From: Candidatus Omnitrophota bacterium
Lineage (GTDB): Bacteria; Omnitrophota; Gorgyraeia; Zapsychrales; Fredricksoniimonadaceae
Assembly: GCA_013285735.1 (NCBI GenBank)
Contig: JABDGZ010000002.1
Span: 5,952-69,951 of the forward strand
Reading direction: 5' to 3'
Length of the DNA stretch: 64,000 nt
The notes under the pieces were generated by a model. That model was given only the letters and a program-made list of their open reading frames with translations. It was not told the origin of the DNA and searched no databases. Of this stretch, positions 18,241 through 28,708 are shown piece after piece. Position 1 is the stretch's first letter; every line of letters begins with the position of its first letter. The position numbers and the translations under genes were made by a program.

Positions 18241-19412
18241 AGGGCCTTGATCAATTGCTCGGCCACACGGGTATTGAGCGTAAAATTCTTGGTAAGCCAG
18301 GACTCTGTCATTTGTTCTTTATACTTAGGCCAACAAGAGCCCCAAGTATTCCAGCCAGTCACAGGCCCCATGCGATTGACCCAGGGATCATTGGGGTAAT
18401 AACTAAAAACGCCATCAGGAAAGGTAAAATTCTTGACCGCCTTATACGTCCAATAGCTCCAATGAAAACCAAAATCATTAAAAGCTTTAAGTTCATCGCG
18501 CAGGTACTCATGTTCATGGGAAAACCCTTTACGGTAATTAACCCCAAATTCACCCACATGCACTGGCCGTTGTTTTTTCTGTGCAAATTTAAAGTACCCT
18601 TCCATCCGACGACGGATTGCATCCTTATTGCAAGTTTTCCAGGGATAATCCATGTAAGGTATTAAATTAAAAGCAAACTCCATCGGTTCATAATAATGAA
18701 TGCTATAAAGCCAATTATCATCTTGAAAATCATCCAGGACATCAATTTTCTGGGCCCAAAAATCACCTTCAATAAAAAGCATGTGATTCTTATCAGAACG
18801 ACGGATAGCCTTGATGGCTTCACAGTAGAATTCATTGAGCAGGGCAACATTGTCTAACACTGACTCATTAAGCAAATCATATCCTGCGATAATCGTTTCA
18901 TCTTTATACCGGTCAGCTATTTTTTCCCATAAAGCATAGATGATTTGACGATTAGATTTCTTTGTCCAAAAATCAGTACGGCGATCAACACTATCAGAAT
19001 GCCAATCAGGATTCTGCGCTCCAGGGGCCGCATGCAAATCCAGGATTACGTAAATCTTATACTTGCGTGCCCAAGCAATAGCTTGGTCTAAATAAGTAAT
19101 GGTCTTAGGATCAGCAGCAATTTTGTAGTGAAACGACAGACGGATACAATTCATCCCCCAGGAAGCCACTTGTTTAAAATCATCCTCAGTAATAAAATTT
19201 GCTCTGAATCGCAGTAAAAGCTCAGCCAAGGCCTTGGCTCCGCATTGTTTAATAAAATTTTTTTCAAAGATTTGCTGAGCCATGTGCGGTGACTGTAAAA
19301 AGTACGCTTCCATCATCAACCACCCGCCGAAATTAACACCCTTAAGATGTATGGGCTCGCCCTTAGCATCAACGATGGATGTTTTATGCCGCTTTAAAAA
19401 TGCCTTGCTCAT
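18237..19412 (-). CDS. Glycoside hydrolase family 5
   Basis: GVNFGGWL, IRLSF, acid/base context DLLNES, HYYEP, and nucleophile context HVGEFGV. No signal peptide visible. Confidence 0.75.
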   Translation of the reverse strand: MSKAFLKRHKTSIVDAKGEPIHLKGVNFGGWLMMEAYFLQSPHMAQQIFEKNFIKQCGAKALAELLLRFRANFITEDDFKQVASWGMNCIRLSFHYKIAADPKTITYLDQAIAWARKYKIYVILDLHAAPGAQNPDWHSDSVDRRTDFWTKKSNRQIIYALWEKIADRYKDETIIAGYDLLNESVLDNVALLNEFYCEAIKAIRRSDKNHMLFIEGDFWAQKIDVLDDFQDDNWLYSIHYYEPMEFAFNLIPYMDYPWKTCNKDAIRRRMEGYFKFAQKKQRPVHVGEFGVNYRKGFSHEHEYLRDELKAFNDFGFHWSYWTYKAVKNFTFPDGVFSYYPNDPWVNRMGPVTGWNTWGSCWPKYKEQMTESWLTKNFTLNTRVAEQLIKAL

Positions 19413-20230
19413 ATCAACTCCTTGACTTTTAGAATTCTTATAAATTCTCCAGCGGCTGTGGGCTCTGCGGTGATAGATCCGTCATTATGCCCGCCATTGA
19501 TCTTTAAAAACTCTTTAGGTACACAGGCAGCTTCAAAAAGTTTTTGGCCAACCCAATACGGCACCACCTCATCTTCGGGACTATGGATAAATAATTTAGG
19601 AACTTTCAAGTCCCTTACCTTATTAATAGAATCAAATTTAAGGCTAAGTAAAAAAGAAGGCACAAAAGGATAGTGGACCCGGGCCATATCCGCGGCATTT
19701 GTAATGGATGACTCTACAACCAGTAAAGCAGCCTTGCGGTGTGTTGCCAAATCTACAACCACCACACCCCCCAAAGAAGCGCCATAAAAAATCATCTTAT
19801 CCATCTCCACATCCCCGCGTGATTGAAGATAATCATAGGCTGCCTGCGCATCTAAATATACACCTGCCTCCGACGGCTTACCTTCACTTTTACCATAACC
19901 GCGGTAATCAAAAATAAATACACTTAAACCCAGATCATAAAAAAATTTAACCTTCAATAACCTGTCACTCATGTTGCCGGCATTACCGTGGGCAAAGAAA
20001 AGTGTCGATTCACGACCAAAAGGATTTTTAAAAAACCAACCATTGATCCTGACATTATCACTGGCTTTAAAATACACATCCTCCCAAGGCAAATCCATGA
20101 TCAATGGACTAACAGCCATGTCGCGGCTTGGAAAAAATACACCGACAGTTTCTAAATAACGTACCAAGGCAAAAAAAGCAGCCAGCACCACTGCAACAAT
20201 CATTAACACATTGATTAATAGGATCGGCAT
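19409..20230 (-). CDS. Alpha/beta hydrolase
   Basis: HGNAGN, DYRGYGKSEG, and the nucleophile elbow GASLGG. N-terminal TM anchor. Confidence 0.75.
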   Translation of the reverse strand: MPILLINVLMIVAVVLAAFFALVRYLETVGVFFPSRDMAVSPLIMDLPWEDVYFKASDNVRINGWFFKNPFGRESTLFFAHGNAGNMSDRLLKVKFFYDLGLSVFIFDYRGYGKSEGKPSEAGVYLDAQAAYDYLQSRGDVEMDKMIFYGASLGGVVVVDLATHRKAALLVVESSITNAADMARVHYPFVPSFLLSLKFDSINKVRDLKVPKLFIHSPEDEVVPYWVGQKLFEAACVPKEFLKINGGHNDGSITAEPTAAGEFIRILKVKELI

Positions 20231-20235
20231 GGCTT

Positions 20236-20634
20236 TTATAAACTGCGTTGGGGAATCAAGGACAGCATCAGCCGAATGGCTTTTAGGATATCTTCAATTC
20301 GGCAAGGTTTGGTTAAATAGTGATCCGCTTGCATACTCACGCCTTTTTTTAAACTTTCCAAATCCTTTATGGCTGAAATGATAATAACCGGCTGCCATCT
20401 TTTAGTCGGAGGATTCTGGCGTAACTGGCTCAGCACCGCCCATCCATCCATTTTAGGCATTTTTAAATCTAAAAGGATGATATCCGGCAGCTCGTTAACA
20501 ATCTTGTACCACGCCTCTTGGCCATCCTGCGCTGTAATAATTTCATAACCCTTAGAAGCGATCTTCTTGGCCATAATCCCAAGAACCGCCTCTTCATCAT
20601 CTGCTATCAATATTTTGATCGGATGCTTGCTCAT
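20236..20634 (-). CDS. Stand-alone response-regulator receiver protein
   Basis: ILIADDEE ... IILLDLKMPKMDG ... ISAIKD ... YLTKP. Confidence 0.85.
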   Translation of the reverse strand: MSKHPIKILIADDEEAVLGIMAKKIASKGYEIITAQDGQEAWYKIVNELPDIILLDLKMPKMDGWAVLSQLRQNPPTKRWQPVIIISAIKDLESLKKGVSMQADHYLTKPCRIEDILKAIRLMLSLIPQRSL

Positions 20635-21104
20635 CTGGCTGAAGAATAATTCTTAAGATCGTAATGAATTAATTTCTCAGGCATATCAATGCGATCAATG
20701 ACAACTTGGGCCTTGGCAAAGAAATTATCTGCCATCGTGTCATGATAATTGGAGAATACCACCACCCTTTTAATACCTGCTGTTATCAACGCCTTGGCGC
20801 AAGTAGTACAGGGCATATTAGTCACATAAGCAGTCGCCCCATCAACAGCATGACCACGACGGGCAGCCTGGACTATAGCATTCATCTCAGCGTGCACCGT
20901 ACGCACGCAGTGATTGTCTACCAAAAGACATCCTATATCCTCGCAATGCTCATCACCTGGAATGGAACCATTGTATCCTGTTGCGATAACGTTCTTATTT
21001 TTAACTAATACGGCACCGCAATGCATACGCGGGCAGGTGGCGCGTTCAGAGGCCAACATCGCCAATTTCAAAAAATATTCGTCCCAATTAGGTCTTTTAG
21101 CCAT
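20631..21104 (-). CDS. dCMP deaminase (ComEB family)
   Basis: Zinc motifs HAEMNAI and PCTTCAKALI. Confidence 0.85.
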   Translation of the reverse strand: MAKRPNWDEYFLKLAMLASERATCPRMHCGAVLVKNKNVIATGYNGSIPGDEHCEDIGCLLVDNHCVRTVHAEMNAIVQAARRGHAVDGATAYVTNMPCTTCAKALITAGIKRVVVFSNYHDTMADNFFAKAQVVIDRIDMPEKLIHYDLKNYSSAR

Positions 21105-21159
21105 AAATAATCCTTTTCTTATATTAACAAATTCCGCCTGTATTGTGAAATTTTTCGGC

Positions 21160-22332
21160 TTATATTTTAGACAGCCTTTTCATTATTAAGCCCACCGCTT
21201 TTTGGAAAACAGGTGCCGGTGGCAACAAACTCAAAACAATATAAGCTTCCCTTTCAAAATCAAAAAAATAACCAGGATAAACCCATACATGGTCTTCCCG
21301 TAAAAATTCTAATACCCATTCTTCTTCTGATTTGATCGCAGGTATGCGTAAGGTCGCATACCATCCCCCTTGGAGAGATAATAACTCTGCATGTTCGTTC
21401 AAATGATCTGAAAGCCATTGCCAATTGGCTTTGACCCTGGAGATTATCTGCCCCTGAATCTCTGGAGCATAATCCAGCCAAACACTCAATGCATTTTGAA
21501 CTGGCGTATTAACAGACAAATACGTATCCGCAATAGTTTCAAGCCGGGCTAATGATTCCTTCAATGCCTCTTGAGGACCCGAAGCTAAAATCCAGGCACA
21601 TTTCATTTGTGGAAGGCCTATTGTTTTTGACAAACCCCCTAATGTAAAGGTCAATATTGCCTTATTCCCTGCACAAGAGACCGCATCACTTGGGATTAAG
21701 GAATATTCAAAGAAAACTTCGTCGGAAATAATGGATACCTGATGTTTACGACAAAATTCATTTAGGAAATTTAATTCCGCACGACTGATATAGGAGCCTG
21801 TTGGATTATTGGGATTAACTAAAATGATGGCCCTGGTTTTAGCATCTACCAAACGCTCCAGTGCCTGCAAATCCAAACACCAGCGGCCGCCTTCATATTG
21901 GAGCGGGTAATAATCAAAAGCCACATCATTAATTTCCAATAAAAATTGAAACAAGGGATAGCTTGGGCGCGGAATCAGGACTTTTTCGCCTGGATTGACC
22001 AACAATCTCATTAAGAATGAATACGCTTCTGAAGTGCTGGCAGTCAAAACAATATCACTGGGCGACACATGTAATTGTTGACAGGTGTAATGTTGAGCCA
22101 CCACCTTGCGGGCTGAGACCATGCCGCAAGCATCGGGCTGGTAATGAAAGTTTTCTTCTTTTGTTAAAACTGAAAGCATTCCTTCGGGATATAAAAAACC
22201 GCAGCTCGTTGGATTAGACGCTGTTAAATCAATCACAGGGATACCCTGCGCCTGAAGCTCTTCGAATGCTTTGTTTAAAGCATTAGTTTCCTGCTGCCAA
22301 TTAGTTCGACGGGCGAAAGAAAATTTATCCAT
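21160..22332 (-). CDS. PLP-dependent aminotransferase, class I/II
   Basis: LVNPNNPTG, SDEVF, and the lysine context GGLSKTIGLPQMK. Confidence 0.8.
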   Translation of the reverse strand: MDKFSFARRTNWQQETNALNKAFEELQAQGIPVIDLTASNPTSCGFLYPEGMLSVLTKEENFHYQPDACGMVSARKVVAQHYTCQQLHVSPSDIVLTASTSEAYSFLMRLLVNPGEKVLIPRPSYPLFQFLLEINDVAFDYYPLQYEGGRWCLDLQALERLVDAKTRAIILVNPNNPTGSYISRAELNFLNEFCRKHQVSIISDEVFFEYSLIPSDAVSCAGNKAILTFTLGGLSKTIGLPQMKCAWILASGPQEALKESLARLETIADTYLSVNTPVQNALSVWLDYAPEIQGQIISRVKANWQWLSDHLNEHAELLSLQGGWYATLRIPAIKSEEEWVLEFLREDHVWVYPGYFFDFEREAYIVLSLLPPAPVFQKAVGLIMKRLSKI

Positions 22333-23020
22333 TTTGTTTAAGCTGGGCTAATTCTTTCTCTTTAGCGGCAAAAGCTTTCTTTAATTCATCAAATTCACTT
22401 TTAGTCACCCATTGAACATCTTCCCGCTTTTCTTTAAGCTGGGAATTTTCATATTTTAAGTCCCGAATTTCTTTGACATTGGATTCAAGAGTAGCTTGCT
22501 GGCTGCCAGCTTTGATGGATAACTGACGCTTTTCCTCAACAAGCTGTTCATGTTTTATTTTTATTTCCTGCAATTCACGTTCCAGGCGCAGGCGATTGGA
22601 ATGCTCTTTTTCCAAGTCACCTTCCGTACGGTAAATCTGGTCTTTAAAATCCTTTTCATGGTGCTTAAATTTTTCGAGGGTCTCTTGTTCTTTTTCACGC
22701 CAGCTTTTTTCGAGGGCCAATTTTTCAACTAAATCTTTTGTCTCAGCCTTGTGCTCATCAGCCACCTGCTGGATCCTTCTTTGGTCCATTTTCATTTTTT
22801 CAATTTCACCCAGCAAAGATTGATTATGCTTCTCCCAGCGTTCGGCGATGGATTTCCAGTCTTTGCCAGCATCAACACCCGCAGGGTCAGGGGTCAAAAC
22901 AGGCTTTCTTTCTTTTTCTTTTTTCTTTTTAGCCTTGACTACCGGATCTGAAGGTAAGGAATAAATAACGATGGCTAAAACTATTAAAACGACAAAACTA
23001 AAAATAATGATCCAAAACAT
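22325..23020 (-). CDS. Membrane-anchored coiled-coil protein, unknown function
   Basis: N-terminal TM followed by ~190 aa of K/E/Q-rich heptad-like sequence. Confidence 0.5.
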   Translation of the reverse strand: MFWIIIFSFVVLIVLAIVIYSLPSDPVVKAKKKKEKERKPVLTPDPAGVDAGKDWKSIAERWEKHNQSLLGEIEKMKMDQRRIQQVADEHKAETKDLVEKLALEKSWREKEQETLEKFKHHEKDFKDQIYRTEGDLEKEHSNRLRLERELQEIKIKHEQLVEEKRQLSIKAGSQQATLESNVKEIRDLKYENSQLKEKREDVQWVTKSEFDELKKAFAAKEKELAQLKQNG

Positions 23021-23105
23021 ATCACTTCCTTTGCCTATAAGATAAATTTATACCGTCAATTAGTATACCAAAATACCACAGAAAACACCGAAAGGCAAAA
23101 GGCGT

Positions 23106-24713
23106 TTAGGGAACGCCTAACTTCTTTAAATTGATTCGGGCCTGAACAAATGATGGGTCAACTTGCAGAGCTCGCTCAAGGTTCAGATAGGCATCTTTCT
23201 TGTCGCCCAAGTGAAGATACACAAAAGCCATATTATTATACAAAGACGCATCTTTGCCATCAATAGCCGTCGCCTGCCTGTACTTATCCAAACTCCATTT
23301 CCACTGCCCCATCGCAGCTTCATTCTGGGCCCAATCGAATAAAATTTCCTTTTCAAATCCCAAGTAAAACTTCTCCGCTGTTACGTTGCTTGCCCGCTTC
23401 GCATAAGCAGACATGATTGTAAAAGCTTTATTAAAATGCCCCTCTGCCAAATCAGGACGTCCATTAAAATAATATGCCTTAGCCAAAAGTAAATGCCCAC
23501 GCCCAAAATGTGGTTCATACTGCAGCATACGTTCAAATAAGGCTGTTTCACTTCTCCAAGAGGTATTTTGATACCAGGTTAATGAAAGACAGCTAACCAC
23601 GATAAGGCCTAATAGCAATTCTCTAAAATGCTTTAAAAAATGATCTGCCACAAAGAGTACTACGATCAAAATACCTACGATGGGTAAATATAAAAAATGC
23701 TCAGCCGTAAGGATGAATGAATACTCATTGATCAAAGGGGCAATGTTTAGCACTGGAAGAAGTGCAGCCAGAAACCAGCCAAATCCCAAAATCATCGTTG
23801 GCCGTGCTTGAGGCCATCGTTTAAATATATAAAAAATACCTGCGATAGATAGCAAAGCCAAAATCCAGGAAATACCATTAGATTGCAAAATATCTGTGCT
23901 GCGATAATAATGTAAATCATACGGTAAAAATATCAGACGCAAATCCATCCCTAGACATCGGGGTATCGCGGCCAAGCGTAAATACAATTCACCGGGAGAC
24001 GCCATGATATCTTTTAACAATGATGCACCGGTGACAAAATGCCGTAGCCATAATAGAACACCGGCGACTAAAACCCAACAAAACCACGAAGGAAAGTTTA
24101 AAGAGATTGCTTCGTCGGGCTTCGCCCTCCTCGCAATGACACTTTTATAACAATCAATAACTATCACCAAAGGCACAAACATCACAGCTTGTTCCTTGCT
24201 AAGACAAGCTATCACAAAAAATAGTAAACTGACTGCATACCATTTCCTTAAATAGGCATTTAAAGCCAATAAGACTCCTAAGGCCATCCAAAGATTTGAG
24301 ATTCCTGCAATACAAGCGACCGCCTCGGTCTGCACCGGATGGATCAAAAACAACAAAGACACGGCCCAAGCTATACGCTCGGGCAAATCTAATTTTAACA
24401 GCAGACAAAAAAGCAAAAGCCCATTAATAATATGGACGATGATATTGAATAAATGAAATCCAAAAGGATGGGGGCCAAAGAAATGATATTCTAAACGGTA
24501 AATAATTTCTAATACCGGACGATAATACGTATTGATACCATCTGAGGCTGCGGGTAGTTTAAACGCTTCCGTCCAATGATTTAATTCGGTAATGTGCGGA
24601 TTTTTGAGGATGAAAACGACATCATCGTGAACAAAAGGATGCCGGATAGCATTAAAAAAGGCAAGTAATCCAAAAAAAATTAACGCTAAATAACCTGCCT
24701 TGCGAAACATCAA
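23106..24713 (-). CDS. Polytopic membrane protein with C-terminal TPR repeats (TMTC/PMT-like glycosyltransferase-C fold, putative)
   Basis: About 10 TM segments; YYRPVLEIIYRLEYHFFG near the N-terminus; TPR-like C-terminal ~150 aa. Carries an in-frame hairpin repeat (VIARRAKPDEAIS). Confidence 0.5.
   Translation of the reverse strand: MMFRKAGYLALIFFGLLAFFNAIRHPFVHDDVVFILKNPHITELNHWTEAFKLPAASDGINTYYRPVLEIIYRLEYHFFGPHPFGFHLFNIIVHIINGLLLFCLLLKLDLPERIAWAVSLLFLIHPVQTEAVACIAGISNLWMALGVLLALNAYLRKWYAVSLLFFVIACLSKEQAVMFVPLVIVIDCYKSVIARRAKPDEAISLNFPSWFCWVLVAGVLLWLRHFVTGASLLKDIMASPGELYLRLAAIPRCLGMDLRLIFLPYDLHYYRSTDILQSNGISWILALLSIAGIFYIFKRWPQARPTMILGFGWFLAALLPVLNIAPLINEYSFILTAEHFLYLPIVGILIVVLFVADHFLKHFRELLLGLIVVSCLSLTWYQNTSWRSETALFERMLQYEPHFGRGHLLLAKAYYFNGRPDLAEGHFNKAFTIMSAYAKRASNVTAEKFYLGFEKEILFDWAQNEAAMGQWKWSLDKYRQATAIDGKDASLYNNMAFVYLHLGDKKDAYLNLERALQVDPSFVQARINLKKLGVP
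24103..24140. repeat. Hairpin repeat family 2 (GAGATTGCTTCG...GCAATGAC type), in frame in the TPR membrane protein
   Basis: gagattgcttcgtcgggcttcgccctcctcgcaatgac; encodes VIARRAKPDEAIS. Confidence 0.75.
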
Positions 24714-25063
24714 CCAGCCAAGTCTTTCTTAAAATTTGCGGCAAAAATCTTAATCCGTTCAAAATACCCGTCGATATCGGAAGCTACCTCTGCCATACCA
24801 TCGGTTTTACCTTCTTTAGCCAGCATCTCCAATTTAAGGCAAGCCGCATGCAAAGGCTTGGCAGAAATATTTCCCGAAGAGCCTTTCATTGAATGGGCAA
24901 TTTCCTTAACCTTGGCGATATCATTAGCCGCAATGGCTTCCCCCAGGGCTTTTCTTTTAACTATAAAATCTTCCTCATAAATATCAAAAAGTTCGGCGAG
25001 CAATTCTTTATCATCTTGCACACGTTCTAAAACATCTTTTAAATCAATAATTTCTTCGCTCAT
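24710..25063 (-). CDS. Histidine phosphotransfer (Hpt) protein
   Basis: HSMKGSSGNISA phosphorylatable-His motif; ~115-aa helical protein. Confidence 0.8.
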   Translation of the reverse strand: MSEEIIDLKDVLERVQDDKELLAELFDIYEEDFIVKRKALGEAIAANDIAKVKEIAHSMKGSSGNISAKPLHAACLKLEMLAKEGKTDGMAEVASDIDGYFERIKIFAANFKKDLAG

Positions 25064-25076
25064 AATAATCTCTCCG

Positions 25077-27062
25077 TTAATTTTTTAAACGCTGGGTAAC
25101 AAGACTGACAATTTCTTCATAAAGTAAATTACGGTCAATAGGCTTGGATACATAGCCGTCCATCCCTGATGCCAGATACCGTTCCCTGTCCCCGGCCATG
25201 GCATTGGCTGTCATCGCAATAACAGGGACATGAAGGCCTGTTTGCTTTTCTTCCCGACGGATAACTTGGGTGGCTTCAATACCGCTAAGAAGCGGCATAT
25301 TATCATCCATCAAAATCACATCAAAGGTCTGGTCATTTAAAACATTCAAAACTTCCTGGCCATTGTTAGCGACCGTCACCTTCCAGCCTAATTTCTCCAA
25401 AATCCTGATGGCAATACGTTGATTGACCGTATTATCCTCTGCTAGCAGGATACGCAAATTTTGTAACTCTGACGGCACTGCAGATTGGGTAGATTCTGCC
25501 CCAGCTTTCTGTTCCACTGTTGCATTCCCAAACGCATCCGGGTGATAACCAAAAATGATAACAAAACGAAAAGTACTCCCTGTCCCTTCTATACTCTCAA
25601 CCTCAATAGACCCACGCATCATCTCAACGATTTTCTTACAAATAGCCAATCCCAGGCCAGTACCCCCATAACGCCGGGCAGTGGTATTATGCGCGTCGGT
25701 AAACACATCAAAAATATGAGGTAAATTCTTAGACGATATACCAATGCCGCTATCAACAATCTCAAACACCAATTCACAATCTTTTTTCGTCAGTGATTTC
25801 ATTTTGACATTAACCAAGACCTTACCCTTATGGGTGAATTTAATCGCGTTATTGACCAAGTTAACAATAACCTGACGCAGCCTGACAGGATCTCCTGTCA
25901 ATAGCCGCGGAATTTCCGGATCAATAGTCCAGACAACATCCACACCCTTATTACGCGCCAGAACCATCAAGCCCTTGCACACATTTTTGACAACGTCCGG
26001 AACATTAATCTCTATTTCTTCGATCACAACCTTCCCTGCCTGGGCACGGGAAAGATCCAGAATATCATTGATCAGGCTCAATAAATTATCCGCTGCGTCT
26101 TTGGCTACTTTTAAATTATCTTTTTGTTCCTCATTCAATGGCGTATCCAGCGTCAAGTCAATCATGCCGATAATAGCATTCATCGGCGTACGTACCTCGT
26201 GCGACATCTTGGCCAAAAAAACACTTTTAGCGCTATTAGCTTCTTCCGCAGCCAATTTAGCCTGCAAGATCAATTCATTCGCATGTTTGCGTTCGGTGAT
26301 GTCCTGAAGCATCCCCACCGAACCAACAATCTTGCCCCTATCATCTTTAAGGATATTGACCGACAAATCCACGTCTATCACAGAACCGTCTTTGCGAATG
26401 ACCTTGGTCTCCATATGATGCATAAACCCGCTTTGACGGATGTTTAAAGAACGGATCATCTTCCATTCTTCGGGAGGATACAAGCTGCTCACTTGCCTGC
26501 ACAGGAGATCTTGAGGCCCCATTCCCAAAAGTTTCTGGGCAAAACTGTTCCAGGAAACAATCTGCTCCTTCTCATCGGTCATGGTGATCGCTGCGGCGGA
26601 GTTATCTAAAATGATACGTAATTTATTTTCTGACTCACGCATCTGATGCTGGGCCAATTTCTCTCGTGTGATATCATTCAAAATACCAATGGACCCGATC
26701 ACCTGTCCCTTGGTGTCTTTCAAAACAGATATAGAAGCGCTGACATCAAGCAAAGAACCGTCTTTGCAAAGGACCTGGGTATCGATATTAGAAAGCATGC
26801 CTTTATGACGTATGTTCATAGAACGTATACGCTTCCACTCTTTAGGTTGGTATAACGAACTAACAGGCTTATTAAACAAGTCTGCCTTGCTCATGCCTAG
26901 CATCTTCTCGGCCATAGGGTTCCAGGCGACGATACGTTCCTGGCTGTCGGTGACCGTGATTGCGGAAGGAGAATGGTCAAAAACAATCTTAAAAAGCTGC
27001 CTAGACTCAGCATTATCCTTTTGTAATTGTTCTTCGACATTAATTTCTTTTGGTTTGATCAT
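25077..27062 (-). CDS. Hybrid sensor histidine kinase (2x PAS, HisKA, HATPase_c, receiver)
   Basis: Two PAS-like repeats (ITVTDSQERIVAWNPMAEKMLG / ITMTDEKEQIVSWNSFAQKLLG), H-box SHEVRTPMNAIIGM, N-box NLVNNAIKFT, DSGIGI, GGTGLGLAI, and a C-terminal receiver (ILLAEDN...ILMDDNMPLLSG...SKP). Confidence 0.9.
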   Translation of the reverse strand: MIKPKEINVEEQLQKDNAESRQLFKIVFDHSPSAITVTDSQERIVAWNPMAEKMLGMSKADLFNKPVSSLYQPKEWKRIRSMNIRHKGMLSNIDTQVLCKDGSLLDVSASISVLKDTKGQVIGSIGILNDITREKLAQHQMRESENKLRIILDNSAAAITMTDEKEQIVSWNSFAQKLLGMGPQDLLCRQVSSLYPPEEWKMIRSLNIRQSGFMHHMETKVIRKDGSVIDVDLSVNILKDDRGKIVGSVGMLQDITERKHANELILQAKLAAEEANSAKSVFLAKMSHEVRTPMNAIIGMIDLTLDTPLNEEQKDNLKVAKDAADNLLSLINDILDLSRAQAGKVVIEEIEINVPDVVKNVCKGLMVLARNKGVDVVWTIDPEIPRLLTGDPVRLRQVIVNLVNNAIKFTHKGKVLVNVKMKSLTKKDCELVFEIVDSGIGISSKNLPHIFDVFTDAHNTTARRYGGTGLGLAICKKIVEMMRGSIEVESIEGTGSTFRFVIIFGYHPDAFGNATVEQKAGAESTQSAVPSELQNLRILLAEDNTVNQRIAIRILEKLGWKVTVANNGQEVLNVLNDQTFDVILMDDNMPLLSGIEATQVIRREEKQTGLHVPVIAMTANAMAGDRERYLASGMDGYVSKPIDRNLLYEEIVSLVTQRLKN

Positions 27063-27358
27063 ATTTTATTTTTAGTACATTGGATATTTTTAAGGATCGC
27101 AACCAGATTAAGCGCTCCCACAACGATGGCCAAAATGGTCAGGCAAATTTTGAACATATGGACCCATCCCGCGTGAAAATCTTCGGGCTTTAGGGCATGC
27201 AAGATTAACGACACCAAAAGAACAATAACAAGGATAGAAAAACCGCAGATCAGAAAAATAAAAAAAGAAAAAAGGCAAGCAATCAAAATAACATAAAGAT
27301 TGTAGTTAAATAAAGAACCCTTAGACATTTTACTGGCAGCAATTCCAATACGTAGCAT
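27059..27358 (-). CDS. Small membrane protein, unknown function
   Basis: Three hydrophobic helices; ATGA-type overlap with the kinase start. Confidence 0.4.
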   Translation of the reverse strand: MLRIGIAASKMSKGSLFNYNLYVILIACLFSFFIFLICGFSILVIVLLVSLILHALKPEDFHAGWVHMFKICLTILAIVVGALNLVAILKNIQCTKNKI

Positions 27359-27408
27359 AGTATTATGTTACCACTGAAAGTTTAACGCGCCAAATACAGA
27401 TTAAAATT

Positions 27409-28047
27409 CTATCGTTCGAATTTAACCACGTTCTGCCACCAGGCATGACTATCCCAGGAAAGCGCCTGTTGCCATAGTTTTCGGGCAGTGGCCGTCTTTA
27501 AATAGTCCGGGGCGCGTTTAAAAAACGTCCGTGCCACGGGATAGCCGTTATCTACATATTCTTTAGCCTGGATCAGACACTCTAAAATATCCGCATCACG
27601 GGCTACAATGCTTTCGACAGATTTCTGTCCCTCATAATCCCCGCGCATCGCTTGTAAGGATGCTTTGACTTTTTTTTCTAAAGAAGCAATCTGGTCGGCA
27701 AAAGCTTTTTTTTCAGCTTCACGGAAATCAATATAATAGTGGCCCATTTTATGCAGATCATTAATACGTGCTTCATGAATATCATTAAAAAGCGTCATGG
27801 TCACGACTTTAAACGGATCAACCCCTTCACAATGGGCAATGTAATAGCCAATCACCGCACAGCGAAAGCAATGCTCCGCCACTGTCTCGGGATTTTCAAT
27901 ACCAGCCACCCACCAGCCGCTGCGCTTAACGCGTTTCAAAAGCCCGGCCTCGGCAAAAAAATTAAGTGCCGCAACCTGAGGGTTAATTTTCTTAGTTTTT
28001 TTGACGGACGATTTCATAACACAACATGGCGGTCGCATGAGCGACAT
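27409..28047 (-). CDS. HD-domain phosphohydrolase (YfbR-like, putative)
   Basis: VAEHCFRCAVIGYYIA ... LFNDIHEARINDL ... ARDADILE pattern. The annotated start overlaps rlmB, so the true start is probably internal. Confidence 0.55.
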   Translation of the reverse strand: MSLMRPPCCVMKSSVKKTKKINPQVAALNFFAEAGLLKRVKRSGWWVAGIENPETVAEHCFRCAVIGYYIAHCEGVDPFKVVTMTLFNDIHEARINDLHKMGHYYIDFREAEKKAFADQIASLEKKVKASLQAMRGDYEGQKSVESIVARDADILECLIQAKEYVDNGYPVARTFFKRAPDYLKTATARKLWQQALSWDSHAWWQNVVKFER

Positions 28048-28708
28048 TAAGCGACATCCGCTGATTTTTCATAGGGACCATCACCTTTGCATCCAATTTT
28101 TTAAGGTTAATCTCCCGAACACCTTTTTCCTCAGAACCCATCACCAACCCTAGTGGAAACTGTAATGTGACTTCTGTAAGACTTTTGGCATCTTCAACAA
28201 CAGTGCCCACCATCCAAAAGCCCATCTTCTTCGCTTTTTCAATGGCGTTACCCAAATTAGAAACCTTGGCCACCGATAAATAATTCTCCCCGCCGCAGGC
28301 AACCCGTAAAACAGATTCGGTCACACTCACTGATTCTGTTGTCGGAAGGACAATATCAAAAATACCCAAAGCCCCACAAGTACGGATTATACCACCTAAG
28401 TTTTGAGGGTCATTCAGATTATCCAAAAAAACCGGCGTGCGTTTTTTTTCCAAAGCACTCTGCAGTAAATCATCTATTGGCACATACGCAAAATCTTCGA
28501 TATCAGCCATGATGCCCTGAGTATTCAAATTTTGAGCCAATCGCTGAATCTTAGAATGCGGTACCGTTTGCACACTAATGCCCCACTGATTACATTTTTT
28601 GCGGATATACATCAAATCCACATGGTCTTCATCGATCATGAGCCGGCGGATCGATTTAGGATTAGATTTCAAACGTTCAATAACTGGATTCTTACCGTAT
28701 AGTTTCAT
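27992..28708 (-). CDS. rlmB: SpoU/TrmH-family 23S rRNA 2'-O-methyltransferase
   Basis: N-terminal substrate-binding domain LYGKNPVIERL. SpoU motifs NLGGIIRTCGALG, LVMGSEEKGV and SLNVAHATAMLCYE. Confidence 0.8.
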   Translation of the reverse strand: MKLYGKNPVIERLKSNPKSIRRLMIDEDHVDLMYIRKKCNQWGISVQTVPHSKIQRLAQNLNTQGIMADIEDFAYVPIDDLLQSALEKKRTPVFLDNLNDPQNLGGIIRTCGALGIFDIVLPTTESVSVTESVLRVACGGENYLSVAKVSNLGNAIEKAKKMGFWMVGTVVEDAKSLTEVTLQFPLGLVMGSEEKGVREINLKKLDAKVMVPMKNQRMSLNVAHATAMLCYEIVRQKN

